64,000 nt of DNA. Source: an uncultured Acidobacteriota bacterium. GTDB taxonomy: Bacteria > Acidobacteriota > Terriglobia > Acidiferrales > UBA7541. Position 1 is the first letter of the stretch. Every line of letters begins with the position of its first letter. Position numbers and translations under genes: made by a program. The stretch lies in the NCBI GenBank assembly GCA_963704455.1, contig OY969905.1:3417159-3481158 (forward strand), written 5' to 3'. The notes beneath the pieces were generated by a model. That model saw nothing but the letters and a program-made list of their open reading frames with translations, did not search any database and was not told the DNA's origin. Shown piece after piece: positions 63,585 through 64,000 of the stretch.

Positions 63585-64000
63585 GTGGATCAGCCTAAAT
63601 TAGTCGACGCTTCGGGCAGCCCGGTTGAACCTTCCCCGCTTGGCCTGCGAAAACTCCTTAGATGGCCCGGTGTCGCCGGATGGACGCTATTTGTTCTTGG
63701 CATTCAAGCGTTGGCATTGGTCTTGCAGCTCGGAATCCTGAGAAGACAGACTGCTTTGATGGAGAGAGATGCGTCCATTACCGAAACGGCGCAGAAGCTT
63801 GTTACTCGTCCCGACATCATTGTCGGTCAAATTGACCCATTGGAGGGGATTCCAAGCAAGACTCCGGGATGGAAAATTGAAAATCGGGGACCCTACTCGA
63901 TTCACGATCTAAAAATGAGACTTCTTCATTTCAAGAAGTTTGTTAATCATGGTTGGGATGTGGTTGCGACGCCTGAAGTTCCAGTGATGGCTGAACTCAA
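63585..64000 (+). CDS. hypothetical single-pass membrane protein, distant paralog of 62776-63456 (3' end lies outside the window)
   Basis: Open frame from 63585 to the window end without a stop (not in the ORF track for that reason). TM WTLFVLGIQALALVLQLGIL followed by RRQTALMERDASITETAQ. Confidence 0.35.
   Translation, partial: MDQPKLVDASGSPVEPSPLGLRKLLRWPGVAGWTLFVLGIQALALVLQLGILRRQTALMERDASITETAQKLVTRPDIIVGQIDPLEGIPSKTPGWKIENRGPYSIHDLKMRLLHFKKFVNHGWDVVATPEVPVMAEL

Overview
High-GC (roughly 60%) bacterial chromosomal segment. The gene content and architecture look Acidobacteria-like, but this is an inference from the sequence alone and not a database result. About half of the window is conserved core. 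The first core block is tRNA(Thr-Tyr-Thr-Gly)-tuf-rpmG-tRNA-Trp-secE-nusG-rplKAJL-rpoB-rpoC at 2.7-17.3 kb. The second is an F-type ATP synthase operon (b', b, delta, alpha, gamma, beta, epsilon) at 41-47 kb. Other housekeeping genes include gatCA, ispG, glpX, nagA, htpX and an acyl-CoA dehydrogenase.

The accessory content is what deserves a second look. There are three main items. (1) The window opens inside an RHS/YD-repeat polymorphic toxin whose C-terminal domain is an unusual ~145-aa cysteine-rich module, followed by a 4-TM candidate immunity gene. (2) The tRNA cluster is peppered with five copies of a 20-nt palindromic hairpin. A small GIY-YIG nuclease gene starts inside tRNA-Gly and is flanked by a direct duplication of the tRNA-Gly 3' end, which is an integration or homing scar. 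(3) rpoB carries a ~60-aa insertion with four CxxC-type motifs (a predicted double zinc ribbon) near its N-terminus.

Further observations include a 49-bp perfect direct repeat bracketing a PadR regulator gene, shared terminator hairpins, a LytS/LytTR two-component system co-transcribed with a LiaF-like gene and two small membrane-protein genes, a YciI-YciI-ECF(COG4941-like) sigma cluster, and an orphan zf-HC2 anti-sigma with a perfect operator-like palindrome. The last ~1.3 kb is a lower-GC patch holding a divergent pair of distantly paralogous single-pass membrane proteins. No rRNA, CRISPR array, integrase or transposase was recognised.
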